Shown: piece by piece, positions 39,533-53,082 of the stretch
Layout: each line of letters opens with the position of its first letter
Numbering within the stretch: the first letter of the stretch is position 1
DNA from: Octopus vulgaris
Taxonomy: Eukaryota
Length of the DNA: 64,000 bases
Reading direction: 5' to 3'
Assembly: GCA_951406725.2 (NCBI GenBank)
Contig: OX597814.1
Location: 39,060,001 to 39,124,000, forward strand
Program-made: the position numbers and the translations under genes
The notes under the pieces: model-generated
Seen by the model: the letters and a program-made list of their open reading frames with translations, nothing else
What the model was told of the DNA's origin: nothing
Database searches by the model: none

Positions 39533-40326
39533 CTCTTTCTCACTCTCTCTATTTCTCTCTCTCTCTCTCTCTCTGTATATATACATATATATATATGCAA
39601 TTTTAATGAAAGCAAACTTGTGTATCATTTAAAGGTTATATATTGACAAACCTCGGGCGGAGGTGTGTAATCTCTAGTCTCACTTACTTCTATGTCTTAG
39701 CAAAATAAAAAAAAATAAGAAAAGCAAAACTGAACATATTAAACAAAGTCGCTATCACTTTCTTATTCTTAAACTTACTATCCGATTTTTGCATGACTCT
39801 TGAAAATTAATATTGTAATACGTAAATGTTTTCTCAGTTGAATGTATTTCCCAGTATGTGGCTAATATTGCGATTTTTGTTGTTATTTGTTGATTTTGTT
39901 TTTATATTAATGTTACAATCGACTTGGAATTTGACAGATGGTTAAGTTAAATTTGGGTGACCTTGCCTTTGCCAAACAGTAATAGCAAAAGCAAGCGAGC
40001 AGGAACCAAACGTGAATAAAAACTTCTATTATTTTTTGTAATACCTTGTGGTAAATGGCTTACTTATCTCCAATCGCGATTCTCTAAAATTGATTCTTGT
40101 AATAAATATATCCGTGAATATGAAAAAAAATTTATTAAAGTGTTCTTCTACAAATGTAAATATTACAGACAGAATCCATAAAATAGAAATATCTCAAAGT
40201 GGCCGGCCTCGACACGTGCCCCTTCTAATAGAGATACGTACATACATATATATATATATATATATATACACACTCATATGTATCTATATATACATATATA
40301 TATATATACATACATACATACATACA

Positions 40327-40359
<33 letters not shown>

Positions 40360-40627
40360 GAATACAGTTGAATCTGTAGTCATATATATTTGCAACTGTA
40401 GCCAGAGATCTCTCTGATATTGTAGTCATCTACATTTTCTGCTTGAATAAATGTAATAAGATGCTGTAGCTGATGTGATTCTATAATAGACACGTATTCG
40501 TGTATAAATATGTGTACATACACTCACATACGCACAACACGCGCGTGCGCACTCACACATATAAATATGTACTTACATATATGTATATATATGACAATGT
40601 ACGTATCTATATTTATGAATTTATATA

Positions 40628-40980
40628 CTACCGCGTGCTCTAATCTTTAAGTATCAGAAATGTTGCCATAGGAACGAAGCTAAAAAGAGGCAGAGTAAAG
40701 CTGCTTGTCACGGGTTTATGCATGGTCACTAAATTCTGACGTTCTGGCTCACTTCGGCTGTTTACAGCAGTGCTTGGACGGAATTGTTTAACGTGTAATC
40801 GTTGCATTGACCATGAGTGTGTAAGTTTCCATCGCGATACCTAATCAGAGGCTTACGCAAACTGTATGAAGAGGGGTGTATGAAGAGAAAGTGTATGGAG
40901 ACGGGTGTATGAGCCACACGTAAATTTATGAGTGGTTAAGACGTATTCAAGATGGCCTAAAATATGTTGATATTCGCAGT
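40628..40980 (+). mobile_element. Mariner (Mos1-like) transposon 5' fragment with N-terminal HTH
   Basis: VYGDGCMSHT*IYEWLRRIQDG matches the mariner HTH motif VYGxxxxSxxxVYxWxxRFxxG. Confidence 0.7.
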
Positions 40981-41289
40981 AGTCCAAACGTAATCTCTGC
41001 AATTCTTGTCAAACATTCAACGATTCCAAGATTAGAAGCAGAGAGAACAGGATTGAATGAAGATAGTAAACTCTCAATGTTATAACACTTTATTGGCAGA
41101 CACAGAAGGCAGTAACGTCACACAACACATTATACTCCTTTTCAAGTGTTTAAGAGCTAGTGGTTCATGCAGAAGTGATATATTTACAGACAGCCCAAAT
41201 AAAGGTTTTGAATATATTTATGTATAACTTTCTTATGCATCAAAATTCAAGCGTCGCGCACACACAGTTTTTAGCCTCTGCATGTAATG

Positions 41290-41660
41290 AGGTTACCATA
41301 GGCGAAAATTCAATTCTTCATGCAACACCGTACATATCGAGTGTCTTGTTAGTCCAATTTCACAAGATGCTGAACGTGTTGACTTGTGCGGACTCCGACT
41401 GAACATTTCCTGCACCGTTGCCACATTCTTCGCTGATCGGGATGTGTTTGGACGGCCACTTCTTGCGGCGTTCCAAGAGCCCGTGGTCATCAAATTTGCA
41501 TGACAACTTTTTATTATCTCCGTATGTCGTGTTGCATGCTCAACTTCCATGCACGCCAACAGCTCTTAACCAAACAATGGAATTCCTCATTTCATAGAGT
41601 GCTGTTATCTTAGCTCGATCCCCAACAATCAAGCGACCCACCGTGGGAAAAAATGAAACA
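41290..41660 (-). mobile_element. Tc1/mariner-superfamily transposase N-terminal fragment
   Basis: TTGSWNAARSGRPNTSRSAKNVATVQEMFSRSPHKSTRSASCEIGLTRHSICTVLHEELNFRLW (RSGRP...SPxKSTRxxSxELG motif). Confidence 0.8.
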
Positions 41661-41774
41661 AGAAACATAACACTAAGAAAATAAGAAATTCCCATTATTA
41701 TTGTCTGTTCAAAAAATGTATTTGGAGTGACTTCAGTGATAATAAAATTTCTATGAGCAATTTCTAATACCTAG

Positions 41775-41945
41775 TTATTTTTCTCTCCGTTTTTCTCTGC
41801 TTGTTTCTTTCTGTGTTCCTTTCTGTGGAAGAGCGTAGGCTCGAAACGTAAAATACTTTTTTCAATTCCTGAGCATTATACTAATATGTCTGTTTGTTTT
41901 CTACACCACATGTCTTCCTCCTTTGGTTTTCTTTTCGTGAATTCT

Positions 41946-41950
<5 letters not shown>
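41775..41950 (+). mobile_element. Penelope-like terminal remnant with hammerhead-like motif (~41818-41855)
   Basis: cttt-CTGTGGA-a-GAGC-gtag-GCTC-GAAACGTA-aaa; homologous to 5540-5685; ends in (TA)n. Confidence 0.6.
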
Positions 41951-41989
<39 letters not shown>

Positions 41990-43899
41990 TAAGAAACAAA
42001 TCATTACAGAGACATTGGGCTAATCTTTCACCCCTGAGTACAAGAGAGTACCAATTCAACCACTTATATAGATACGCAAAAAATATATTGATTATTGATT
42101 GCTGACTTGATGAGAAAGTTTCAGCAATATTTGTTGTTAGAGATCAAAACGTGTAGCGTTCTAGGATTATTCCCCATTCCGCATATTGTTGGTTTGAGTA
42201 GCAGGAAATTATAAGTGTCCATTTACTATGTGATGTTTCCATGCATTTTGAAAGAATAGTGTTTATGTTTATATTTCTGTGTGCATCGTGTTCTTGAATT
42301 AAGTAGTATAAGCGTATACAGTTCCTTTGTTAATTATCTACAGGATATTGAAAACTAAAATGAAATACTATGCAATTATCATTTATTTTCTCGGAACTAT
42401 CACTGTCAAAATGTCAGTTAAGTTATTGCTATTTGTGAACAGTTGTTGTAGTTGTATAAGTTTTATATTTTATTAATTGTTTTTTTATAATATATTTTCC
42501 TTTTTTTAATTCAAGCAATTGCATTCTTTTCCCATTTTCTTACATTTGTCTACTCAACATAATTGCTATTTTCTGTTCATTTCGAAATAAATTGTATTTC
42601 TAGTTAAGATCATGTTAAGGATTCGAAGCATTGCAATGCTGAAATAACGAGAAAATGACTCAATACAATTATACCAATGTATTTAAAAGGTGTCTGACTA
42701 TCGGTACGTATGGCAGATGGTAACAAATTTAATCGCGTAGAAATTGATACATGCATCGTGTTGTTACAGAGGTGAGAAAATTATATATAAAAAAATATTA
42801 AATAAATTACCAGAAAAAATGCACTTCTCACCTCGCTTTCAATCAACAGATCGATGTTAACATTTGTATGATACACTTGACAATAACTAGCTCTTGCTTT
42901 CATGCTTTGTATCACATTTAGCCAAACTAAGCTCATGCCGCTGTTATCAGAGAATCCATTTAGCAACCCCAAATCCAGCCAATCTTGAAGCATGTTATTG
43001 ATCAGTATAAGGAATCTAAATAACATTGTTTTATTTTCATTTTTCCATCAAATTTTATTTGTCGATTTATTAGGCTGCCTTTATAAAATACCGAATTTTC
43101 CTATCATTCAAAAACCACTGAAGTCTTAAACGCTGTCTGAAGCTGATGGTTTCATTGCTAAATATATCTTCTAATTATTCGATCAATGTATTTGTTGTAA
43201 GATATAAAGCAATAAGGAAAAATAACTTGTTTTTTTTAAACCTTTCTTATATTTTCCGATGTAGTTTGATCAACAAGAATAGGATATATCAGAACGCCAT
43301 GTAAATATGATATACACACTCTCTCTCTCTTTCACTCTCTCTTTCCTTCTCTCTCCCTATAACGCTTTCATATTCACACATAGGCATACATATATTTATA
43401 TATATGTGTGTGAGTGTGTGTGTATACGTGCGCATGTATGTAAGTGTACATTCAATTTCTAAGAATGTTGGTTTCAATTATCTTTCTTCTCTTCCACATT
43501 CAAATAAGTAATATATGCTATTGATATGTTCAAATAATTCCAGAATCATATTATTGAATTCAAAATTTTTATTTGAGTATCTTGATGCAAACATTAGATT
43601 TTTGAAGTCAAATGGATTTTCCAGTTCCATCAATTAATGCTCGTGCCTCTAAATTCGTATAACTTTCGTTTTATACGTGCATATAAGCATACATACATAG
43701 ATACATACATACATACATACATACATACATGCACAGTTACACAGACACACGTATACACACACATACAGAAATGCAGATATATTATATACGTATATGTAAT
43801 TACCAAGATATACCGCCCCTCATGTCTCTGCATCTGCCGTTCGTTCTCTTTTTCCTCTGTTTACATACACTCAAGCACACACAGGCAACGCCTATATAA

Positions 43900-44172
43900 G
43901 TTTGTGTGCGTGTGTGTTTATATGTGTGTGTGTATGTGTGTGTATATGTGTGTGTATATATATCTGTGTGTATATATATATGTGTGCGTGTATATATATA
44001 TATGTATATATATATGTATATATATATATGTATATATATGTATATATATATGTATATATATATGTATATATGTATATATATATGTATATATATATATATA
44101 TATATGTATATACATATGTATGTATATATTTATGTGCATACATTTATGTATATATATTTATGTGTATATATT

Positions 44173-44253
<81 letters not shown>
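43900..44253. repeat. (TG)n/(TA)n/(TATG)n compound microsatellite
   Basis: Direct reading. Confidence 0.95.
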
Positions 44254-44255
<2 letters not shown>

Positions 44256-46280
44256 TATTCATCGGAACCTCAAAGCAGGTGACATACGCACACACACACG
44301 CACATACGTATATTTGCGTTTGTTTTTGTACATTTGTGTAGTGTGTGCCTGAGTGTATGTATACAGGGAAAGAAAGAGAAAGAACGGAAGAGACAGAAAC
44401 AGCAAGGGCGAAATATAACTGTGTATCCCTTTATAAACGATTAATTTTGAATCAAACAAAGCTATAAATAATAATATCGGGTATATTTTGAGTTTACGAT
44501 GCTTCCTATAGGAAACATTGACAGCTGCCCGTGGGGCTTGAGCGCACAACTGTTGTACTTTAATTTTATTTGTATTCCAATTATTTACAATAATTCTCGC
44601 CTTTCAGAATTTAGTCGTTTTTCTTTCATGTTTTTTTTCTTTACGTGTAGTGTATGATCGTTGAGTATTATCTTCGAATTTGGTCTAATAAAATGTATTT
44701 GATAATATTGAGTCCATTCTTCAATTTCATATTGGTTTCTTACCTTTATGAAAAAAGAAATATCTTTGCCTCAGTTTCCGTTAAATTTTTCATAAATGTT
44801 TAACAACGTTTATGGTGGAAATTTATTAACACATTGAAATTAGGATATGGTCGATGCCTGGGATAAAAAATTTTCTCTAAACACAGTATGGGTGTACGGA
44901 ACACGTAGAATTATTTATACATGGCACCTCATAGGAGTGATATATATATATGGTATAGTGCGTTGAAATTGGCAGTTACTCACATAGCAGACTTCGTAAT
45001 TTGCTCACATCAAGGAAACCGGGATTTCTCCATAACGAAGGAATTTACCCATAATTCCTTAGTGGAAAAGAAAGCAACAACTACAGACATATTCCTATTT
45101 CTGATAATTTGGACACATTCTTTCCAAAAACTCCATACCAGATATTTCTAAGCTATCTTTAGATAAGTATCGGATTCTTTTAGAAGGCTCAGAAACTGTA
45201 TGCTTTTACATATCGAGTTCATCTACAGAATAGTGTTGTCTTTCTTTGAAATGATAATTTTATTCAAATGGGGGGGGGGGGATAGAATTATGAACACAAA
45301 TGTCTTCCGTTGAAGAACTGCCGGCACAATTGAGTCATTACTCTATATGCAACAACTGAGATTGCTAGTAATTCTTGTGAGCATCTTACAATAACTTCTA
45401 TTCGTTGGGTATTCTATGATCACTTACAACATTGTCAATGACCAGTTTGGAATACATAATTAGAATTTGAATTACTGCTTGGAAGCCACTTAGGAGATCA
45501 CAAACAATATATCTTCAAGTGTACAAATCTTGATTAATCGACGTTCACTTTGGCGGGTTCATTATTTCAGAGTAAATTACTATATGCAGCTGAAGCAGGA
45601 ACAACACTGTGTGGAAAAGCGAGGAAAGCGAAATATATTGTGTGTGACGCCCACTTCAACCCAATAGTTATACGTCTCACCTGCAGCAAAATTAAATGTA
45701 CATCAGAGCTCGATATATAAAAAAAGCTAGTTCAGCCACAGATAATGTACTCCTTTATTGAAATTAACGGACAGCTAAAATCAAATAATGAACATTCATG
45801 GTTCGTGTATTTTTACTGATTTCATTGAAAGAGTACACTCTATTTTGCATCGCTGTTCAACAAATATGCCTATGTAGTATTGGTTAGAATTTGTTGAATT
45901 CGTTCCCTTTTCATTTAATTTTTTTTTTTTTTTGCTAAGGATGATATGTTCAACCATTTTTTTCAGAAAGGGCTTTTTACTACATATATATTTTGTAATT
46001 CAGTATATTAAAGAACACATATAAAGCAAAAACCACTCAATAGCGGATTCTTCAATTGTTATTAAACTAATCCTTAAACAATAAAAAAAAACACATTCTC
46101 CCTGCATTATGTTACTGATGCGAATTCAACGAACTAAAAAATGAGATTGTTTATGAAAAAGGGGCAAATTATAATGTCTTCCTTACTAAATATACATCAA
46201 ATCTTCATATCTATAACAAATTTCTCTGTCTGTACATTATTTACATTCGACGGATACTTCTTCTCATCTTGTTTGTTGTT

Positions 46281-46326
46281 AACACAACGTTTCGGCTGAT
46301 ATATCCTCCATCCTTCATCAGGTGTC
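46281..46326 (-). ncRNA. Minimal type I hammerhead ribozyme motif
   Basis: gacac-CTGATGA-a-ggatg-gaggatatat-cagcc-GAAAC-GTT-gtgtt: core intact, stem I gacac/gtgtt, one mismatch in stem II. Confidence 0.7.
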
Positions 46327-46419
46327 TTGGGAAAATTTCGAACCTGGGTTCTCATTCCTAAGGTATTTTTCGAAGTTATTATACCTTAGGAAGGAGAATC
46401 CAGGTTCGAAATTTCCCCA

Positions 46420-46465
46420 GACACCTGATGAAGGCTGGAAGATATATCAGCCGAAACGTTTTGTT
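46420..46465 (+). ncRNA. Minimal type I hammerhead ribozyme motif
   Basis: gacac-CTGATGA-a-GGCTG-gaagatatat-CAGCC-GAAAC-GTT-ttgtt: core and stem II intact, first stem I pair mismatched. Confidence 0.7.
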
Positions 46466-47747
46466 AACAACAAACAAGATGAGGACAAATATCCGTCAAA
46501 TGTAAATAATATAAAAATGTACATGATATACATAATTCCTCAACTGTTAAATATAGAACTGTATTCTCAGTCGGTGTTTCATCTCCTATATATGGGTGTG
46601 CGACGTAGATTGCTGACATATGGCACACTAAAAATCATGGTGTACATAATCCATCAGTGTCAGAAGAGTATGTGTGCGTGTGTTTTCGAGGGAGCATGCG
46701 TGCGTCTATACTGAGATAGAAAGGGTCAGAGAGCGAGAGATGGAAACAGAAAGAGTCAGAAAGAGGGTGTAAGACAGAGGGGGAAGGAGGAGGGGAGCGA
46801 TATATATTTGGCATAAAATATTGAAATACGAATGTTGATTTTAGAAAGTAATTATTAGTGGTTAAATTTCAGTTTTACTATTCATTTACTATTTTATTAA
46901 TATAATTAAAATGAGATTTAGTTTCGAAAGTTCTTATTAATTAAACAAAAATCACAATCAGCGTTACGGGAACTACTGTGTGAACGTATCGAAAGTCGAT
47001 ACATGTTTTGTTTTATAATCAATTTATTAAACGCATAATCTAGTCTAAAATATTTGGTTCTGTTCAGTGTCAAATGTGTGAACAATCACGGCTAATACAT
47101 TAAAAATAGCAAAATATAGCTAGAATGCTGAACATTAGAAAAAGTAATGCGATGCATACGATGCTAGTGGACTTAAAGTACGCCCCCCACCACCACCACC
47201 ACCACAACAAAACTTCAGTAATAAGGGAAAAAAGATTAATGAAATCACTAAACATTGATTTGAGAATTTGCTACCTTATAGAATTTTAACGCAAAGTCAC
47301 ATGTATTTCTGATTATTCTCTGTAACACATACATATACACGCGTACATAAACTCATTCACATATTTATAGGTAATCTCAGTTCACTAGACTGACTTGCGT
47401 GTGTACCATAGATACGAAAGACATCATACAAACTATCTATATTTATAATTATAAAGTGTTACTAGAAATGTACTTCGACAGCGGCTTTGTCTCCTATTCG
47501 AACGTAAAAAATAAATTCGCATCTGCGCGTATTATGTTAATCCTTCTCGGTTACTGAGATATAAGACTTAGCACTTCAGTTTAACAACTTCATTTATTGT
47601 TGAGAAGTAGAATGGATAGCATGTTCCATGAAAAGTGGTAGTTTTCATTTGCTTTACATTCCACATGATTCTGAAGAAATAATGCCATTTCGAGATAGTG
47701 TCAACACAAACACAAACTTCCATTCACACACTTATATAGTACGTAGG

Positions 47748-47813
47748 TACATACATACACATACATACGTACATACATACATGCATACATGCATACATAC
47801 ATACATACATACA

Positions 47814-47842
<29 letters not shown>
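47748..47842. repeat. (CATA)n microsatellite
   Basis: Direct reading. Confidence 0.9.
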
Positions 47843-47844
<2 letters not shown>

Positions 47845-48862
47845 TCATTTATTTATTTATATGATATTGGTTTTGTAGGTTATTCCCTATTTGCTCTGGT
47901 TCGCTAAGTTTATTATGAACGAGATTTCAGTCACGTTTATGTCACGTTTTTGTGCGCATCTTGGTTTACTTTGGCCAATATTTCCTCCTATATCTTGTTG
48001 CTTGCGTTAATATTTTACGTGGTCTGATTTTGGCCTGGATGTATTTATATCTTCCATTGACCTGTTTTGAAATCAATGGTTTGATAGAATCCGTATGTAT
48101 AAATAAAATGTATACGTACTAGTATATGTATACCAGTTATACGTACATCTTTTCATGGTCTTCTTTTAATTCAACGGTTTGCTAGATTCAGTATGTATAA
48201 CAGTTATTCTCACTAGAATGTATATAGCAGTTATACGTACTAATCTCACTGGCGAAGCAAACATCTGTCCAATGTAATATAACTTCACTCACTGCATGCC
48301 GGGAGTACGAAATGCAAAGCTGACGAACCTTAGGATTTGTAAACAGAGATGATTTGGTAACAATTTTGACAGATGTTTTATACAGATTTAGTCAATTCTC
48401 CTAAACAGCTCTGAACAACATTCATAAGAGTGACTGTAGAAAGGTAATCAAACGGCAAAATAAGCGGTGTTCATGAAACGAAAGTGCACTACGATATTTT
48501 CTCGATTTCTTTTGATATTTTGTTTTTTCTGTTTTCTGTTCCAATTCAACTGTAATAACTTATTCTGCTCCATTGCAACCTGTCTATTTGTGTTTGTAGT
48601 TTGCTGTGTTTATTTGTATTTCTTTGTTGCAAATTGTTGTTTATTTCTTCTTCCTTTTAATTGTCAGCATTAAGCAGCGATTTTATGTTAGGAAATTTTT
48701 TTTATCACTACTTGAATTCTTTGTATTCTCTCTTTTGGTATTTCTATCTTCCATGTTTTTTTTACCACATTTTTTTCTTTAATTTTACATTTTATCATTA
48801 TGAATTTCCTTGTTCCTTTTAACTTCACCCTCTTCCACATTTTCCATTTACATCTCCTCCGT

Positions 48863-48959
48863 CTACTACTACTACTAGTACTACTACTACTACAGCTGAT
48901 ATGCTACTACTACAAATAACACCACCACCACCACCACTACCACTATAACAACAACAACA

Positions 48960-49008
<49 letters not shown>
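48863..49008. repeat. (CTA)n/(CCA)n/(CAA)n compound microsatellite
   Basis: Direct reading. Confidence 0.9.
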
Positions 49009-49009
<1 letters not shown>

Positions 49010-49417
49010 ACTGCTGTTGCTGCTACATAAATTACTAAGCTTAAATGCCACTATTGCTGTTGCTCCATCTTTCCACGCATTTAACCACTAAAACTCTTTT
49101 TCTTCCGTTTGCATTCTGTTCTACTGCTTTCTCTCTTCCAAGCACATCGGACATTTTTTCTTCATCAATTTTAATCTTATATCATATTTTTTTTTATTCT
49201 ACTCTTATCCTTCATTACTATTTTGTCAATTTTTTTTCTCTTTATTCCCTCTTCAGGAGCCTCCCCTCTACGTTTTTCACTTTATTTGCAATTACGCTTG
49301 GATTTCCAAAATTTTCATTATACTTTCCACAAGCATTTTTATCTCTTCATTGCTTTTGTCTCGATCTCATTATTTATTTGTTTAATGTTTATTTGTTGAA
49401 TTTCGCTTTTTGTTTCA

Positions 49418-49518
<101 letters not shown>

Positions 49519-49661
49519 TAAGACCCTCGTCGTTATTCCAGTTTATCAATTCATTATATTTTTCACGCTATACTTCCAGTTTATCTGCTACATTTCTCTC
49601 TCAAACGAACTTTTATTTCTTCTATGTTCCGATAACTCATTTTACAAATGCATTGATTGCT

Positions 49662-49696
<35 letters not shown>

Positions 49697-50349
49697 CTCC
49701 CTCTTTTTTCTCTCTCTCTCTCTTTTAGTCTTCTCCCTCTTCCTTCTCTCTTTCACACACTCCCTCATACACCTACACACGTAAATATACATAGACAGAG
49801 ACACGATCATTTACATTACACAACCATGCACACATATATAAATATAAGTTTGCATACACACACGGCACTCACAAACACACGCACATACTCGAACACACAC
49901 ATGCACTCACACGCTTATGTGTGTGTGTGTGTGTGTGTGTTTGTATGCATACACACACACAAACACATATATATATAACCATTGAATGATTCTATCAAGT
50001 GGCCAGCATGTTAACACAATTTAGGAAAATATTTATACTGATATATAATTATATATATATAATTATAAAACAAGGGGTGGGTAAGGACACTAACAACGCT
50101 TAGAATAGACGCTAAAAGTTCTATAAACACCTCTTACTTTACTCCGTCAGCACAGGTTTAAAGCAGGCTTGTGAATCAATCAGATTTGAAAATAAGGTTA
50201 CCGATAGATCGATGATCGATTTCTGGCTTAGGGAAGCAATTTCCCGTGCTGTCATCTGTATAAGACGCCAAAAAATATATATAGTGATATCTATAGCTCT
50301 TCCTACTACTTCTGCTTCATTTGGTGAGAATTTATTTACATTTGCACTT

Positions 50350-52165
50350 TACGTATTCACAGCCGCCTTTCATATTTGAACAAAAGTGGGCTGTTACCCA
50401 CTGAACACAAAGGGTGCCGAAAAAGGAGATCGTAATCGATAATCTTATTATCAGCAACTTCAAGATGAGATATACAAACCTCAGCATGGCATCAGTTGAA
50501 TATCGCAAAGCATAGGATATGAAACCACATTCCTGGATAATAAGAACAGTGGAAATATACGGAGGAGCAGAAAATATGAGAAGTCTTATATGGAATAGCA
50601 TGACAGCAGGGAAGAATGTACTAGGAGAAGTGAAAATAAAGAGGGGAAGTTTCCAGTGGAGCAGTGTGTCCCTACTGGTATTCGTGCTGGGAATGATCCC
50701 CTTTAGTGAAATACTACAGAAAACAAAGTTGCGGTATGGTCTGTGGAGAGGTAAGGGAAAATCACTTGCTATTCATGAACAACCTGAAGCTATTCACAAA
50801 ATCTGAGACAAAACTCGACAGCCTAGTCCAGTTTGTGCGGATATTCTCCAATGATATTAAGAGGGGATTTGGATGCTCAAAAAGGTACTACGATGGTGAT
50901 GAAACAAGGAAAGCTTGCTAGGATAGAAGGCATAGGGTTGCCAAATAGTGAAAGAATGAAGGTAATTCAACTTCAATCCAGCTATAAATACCTGTGAATA
51001 CTTGAGACAGATGGAATTAAAGTCCTGAAATGGATAGAGGAGAAGCTAAAAGAGAAGGATAGGAAGTCAAGAAATTTCCTAATGACGCATAGAGACCATC
51101 ATGAACGCGCAAATAATTATCACCTATACTTGAAGAGAGCAAATGGAGGAAGGGAACTGATAAGTGTGGAAAACTGCGCGCGTATCGAACTCGTGAGCTT
51201 CATGAGATAACTAGTCCTAAGTAAAGAAATCTTGCTAGTGACCGTTAGGAATGAGAGTGTAATGAGAGCAGAGAAAAAAGGGAAAACAAAGGAAGTAGTA
51301 TGAAAAAGGACATGAAGAAGAATTGTACGAGAATGGACTACACAATCAAATCCATGCAGTCACAAGAGAATATACTGAAAAAAAAAATAGATGTGAGTGG
51401 CTGATGAAAAGAGCCCTAAAAAATTACCGATAGAACTATACCGGCAGCAAAAGACCAAGCTTGGGCCACGAACTCGAAAGTCAAACTTACGAATGAGCAA
51501 GTGTCTGTGGAATGAGCTGTGCTGCATCTGCAATAGAGTGGACGAAATATTTGCCCATTTGACGAAAGAATGACCTAAACGTGCCCAAAATTATTACAAG
51601 TTGTGGCGACACGACCAGGTAGCCGAAGAGCTCCATTGGAAACTGTGCGAAAACTGGGGGCTAGAGAGAGACAACACATGGCATGAGCACAAACAGTAGG
51701 GTGTAGTGGAGTCGGAGACTACCAAATTCCTCTGGGATTTCCTAATCCAAACAGACCAGATGCTAGAGCATAAGAGACCCGACATAGTGGTGATGTACAA
51801 GGTGCGCCACATATGCTATATAGTTGCATGCCTCTTTGACCCATGAACGGTCAAGAAGCAAGGCGAAAAGATAGATACAACCATATTAAGTAAGAAGTAG
51901 CTCGGATATGGAAAGTGAAGAAGGTAAAGATAATGCCAATAGTGTTGGGTCCTTAGCAACAGTATCAGAAGGCATCAAGAGGGATATAAAGGATAATTGG
52001 AATAGAGTACCTAGTAAGGCCGTTACAAGTGTCTTGCACGGCCAGAATAATCCAGAAAGTATTAGGTAACAGAAAATGGCAAATGGCATGGTACCGTTGG
52101 CTGCAGGTAGTAAGCCCGCTACGCATGCAAGACTCCAGGAGCTCCAACAAAACCTGTGATAAAGA
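50350..52165 (+). mobile_element. R4/Dong-type LINE pseudo-copy (RT, zinc knuckle, RLE, 3' end) ending in (TAA)n
   Basis: LLPTEHKGCR...YTNLSMASVEYRKA*DMKPHSWI; KIKRGSFQWSSVSLLVFVLGMIP; NHLLFMNNLKLF; YKLWRHDQVAEELHWKLCENWG...FLWDFLIQTDQMLEHKRPDIVV; many stops and frameshifts. Confidence 0.92.
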
Positions 52166-52169
52166 GATA

Positions 52170-52185
52170 TAATAATAATAATGAA

Positions 52186-52272
<87 letters not shown>
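52170..52272. repeat. (TAA)n microsatellite / LINE target
   Basis: Direct reading. Confidence 0.95.
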
Positions 52273-52274
<2 letters not shown>

Positions 52275-52319
52275 TGAGAAGAAACGTTCCTAAGTTGTGA
52301 ACATATCAAATACAAACAT

Positions 52320-53082
52320 ATAAAACAATGGATTGAACGACACTGGCACTAAAACAACAGTGCACACGAGGGTCGGAGAGGACTCATGGATCCTTGACAA
52401 TCAACGCTCCTAGAGATGGTGTCACGATAAAAATACTGGTGATTGCACAACCTTACAAATGCTACTTAGAAATGTGTGATGTCCACATTAAATAATAACG
52501 ACAACTGTGCTAACGTGACTGGGTCTCTTAAAAGTGTAGATAGCGCGCACGACAGACAGGGAGCACTTCATCAATCTCCGACAGGAAGTCATCAAACTAT
52601 TGATCAGGGCCAAAATCGATGTCACGATGCGAAAGAAAATATATGAACTGGGAAAAAGATATAAACAAATTATTAATACATTGCTGGCTGAGAAGTGAGC
52701 CAAATGAAAGAGGCTTCAAGAATCGAATGAAGAGAATATGGAATGAAAAAGGAGGTTTTACTGCATTATCCCCAACAACTGTTCAAACGGACAGGAAGTC
52801 AGAAAATAATAGACCAAAGAAACGAGTATGAATAAAGAAAATTAAGTTTCTTACTTATCAACCCATATTACCCGTTCGATTCCAGAATTGTAAAGGAAGA
52901 GGAAAAATATAAAGGAACTACAATCCCTTAAAATTTAAAATAGGGAAAATTTGGAGCATGCAAACAGTAAAGGTCGTGCCTATAATAATTGGTGCCTTGG
53001 GATGAAGAAGCTAAAATATAGACAAATGGGTGAAGGAGAATTCACGGCACATCTCCTACAGAGCGTTTGTCTCTTGTGGACG
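52320..53082 (+). mobile_element. Internally deleted R4/Dong-type LINE (N-terminus fused to RLE C-terminus)
   Basis: NWEKDINKLLIHCWLRSEPNERGFKNRMKRIWNEKGGF followed within ~30 nt by VQTDRKSENNRP...KIWSMQTVKVVPIIIGALG; 5' boundary uncertain. Confidence 0.6.

Larger units (their letters stand above)
46231..46564. mobile_element. Inverted-repeat Penelope-like terminal cassette, copy 2: arms ~46236-46366 and 46381-46510, 14-nt spacer
   Basis: Arms are near-perfect reverse complements; homologous to 12649-13043. Confidence 0.85.

Noticed and set aside
44880-45200. Possible mariner/maT catalytic-domain fragment on the minus strand
   Set aside because: Only a vague FL..CP..KE resemblance; the diagnostic WPxxSPDL motif is absent.
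46322-46714. 130-aa ORF (and the similar 12497-12802 ORF)
   Set aside because: They lie within the non-coding inverted-repeat cassette; their mutual similarity comes from the repeat.
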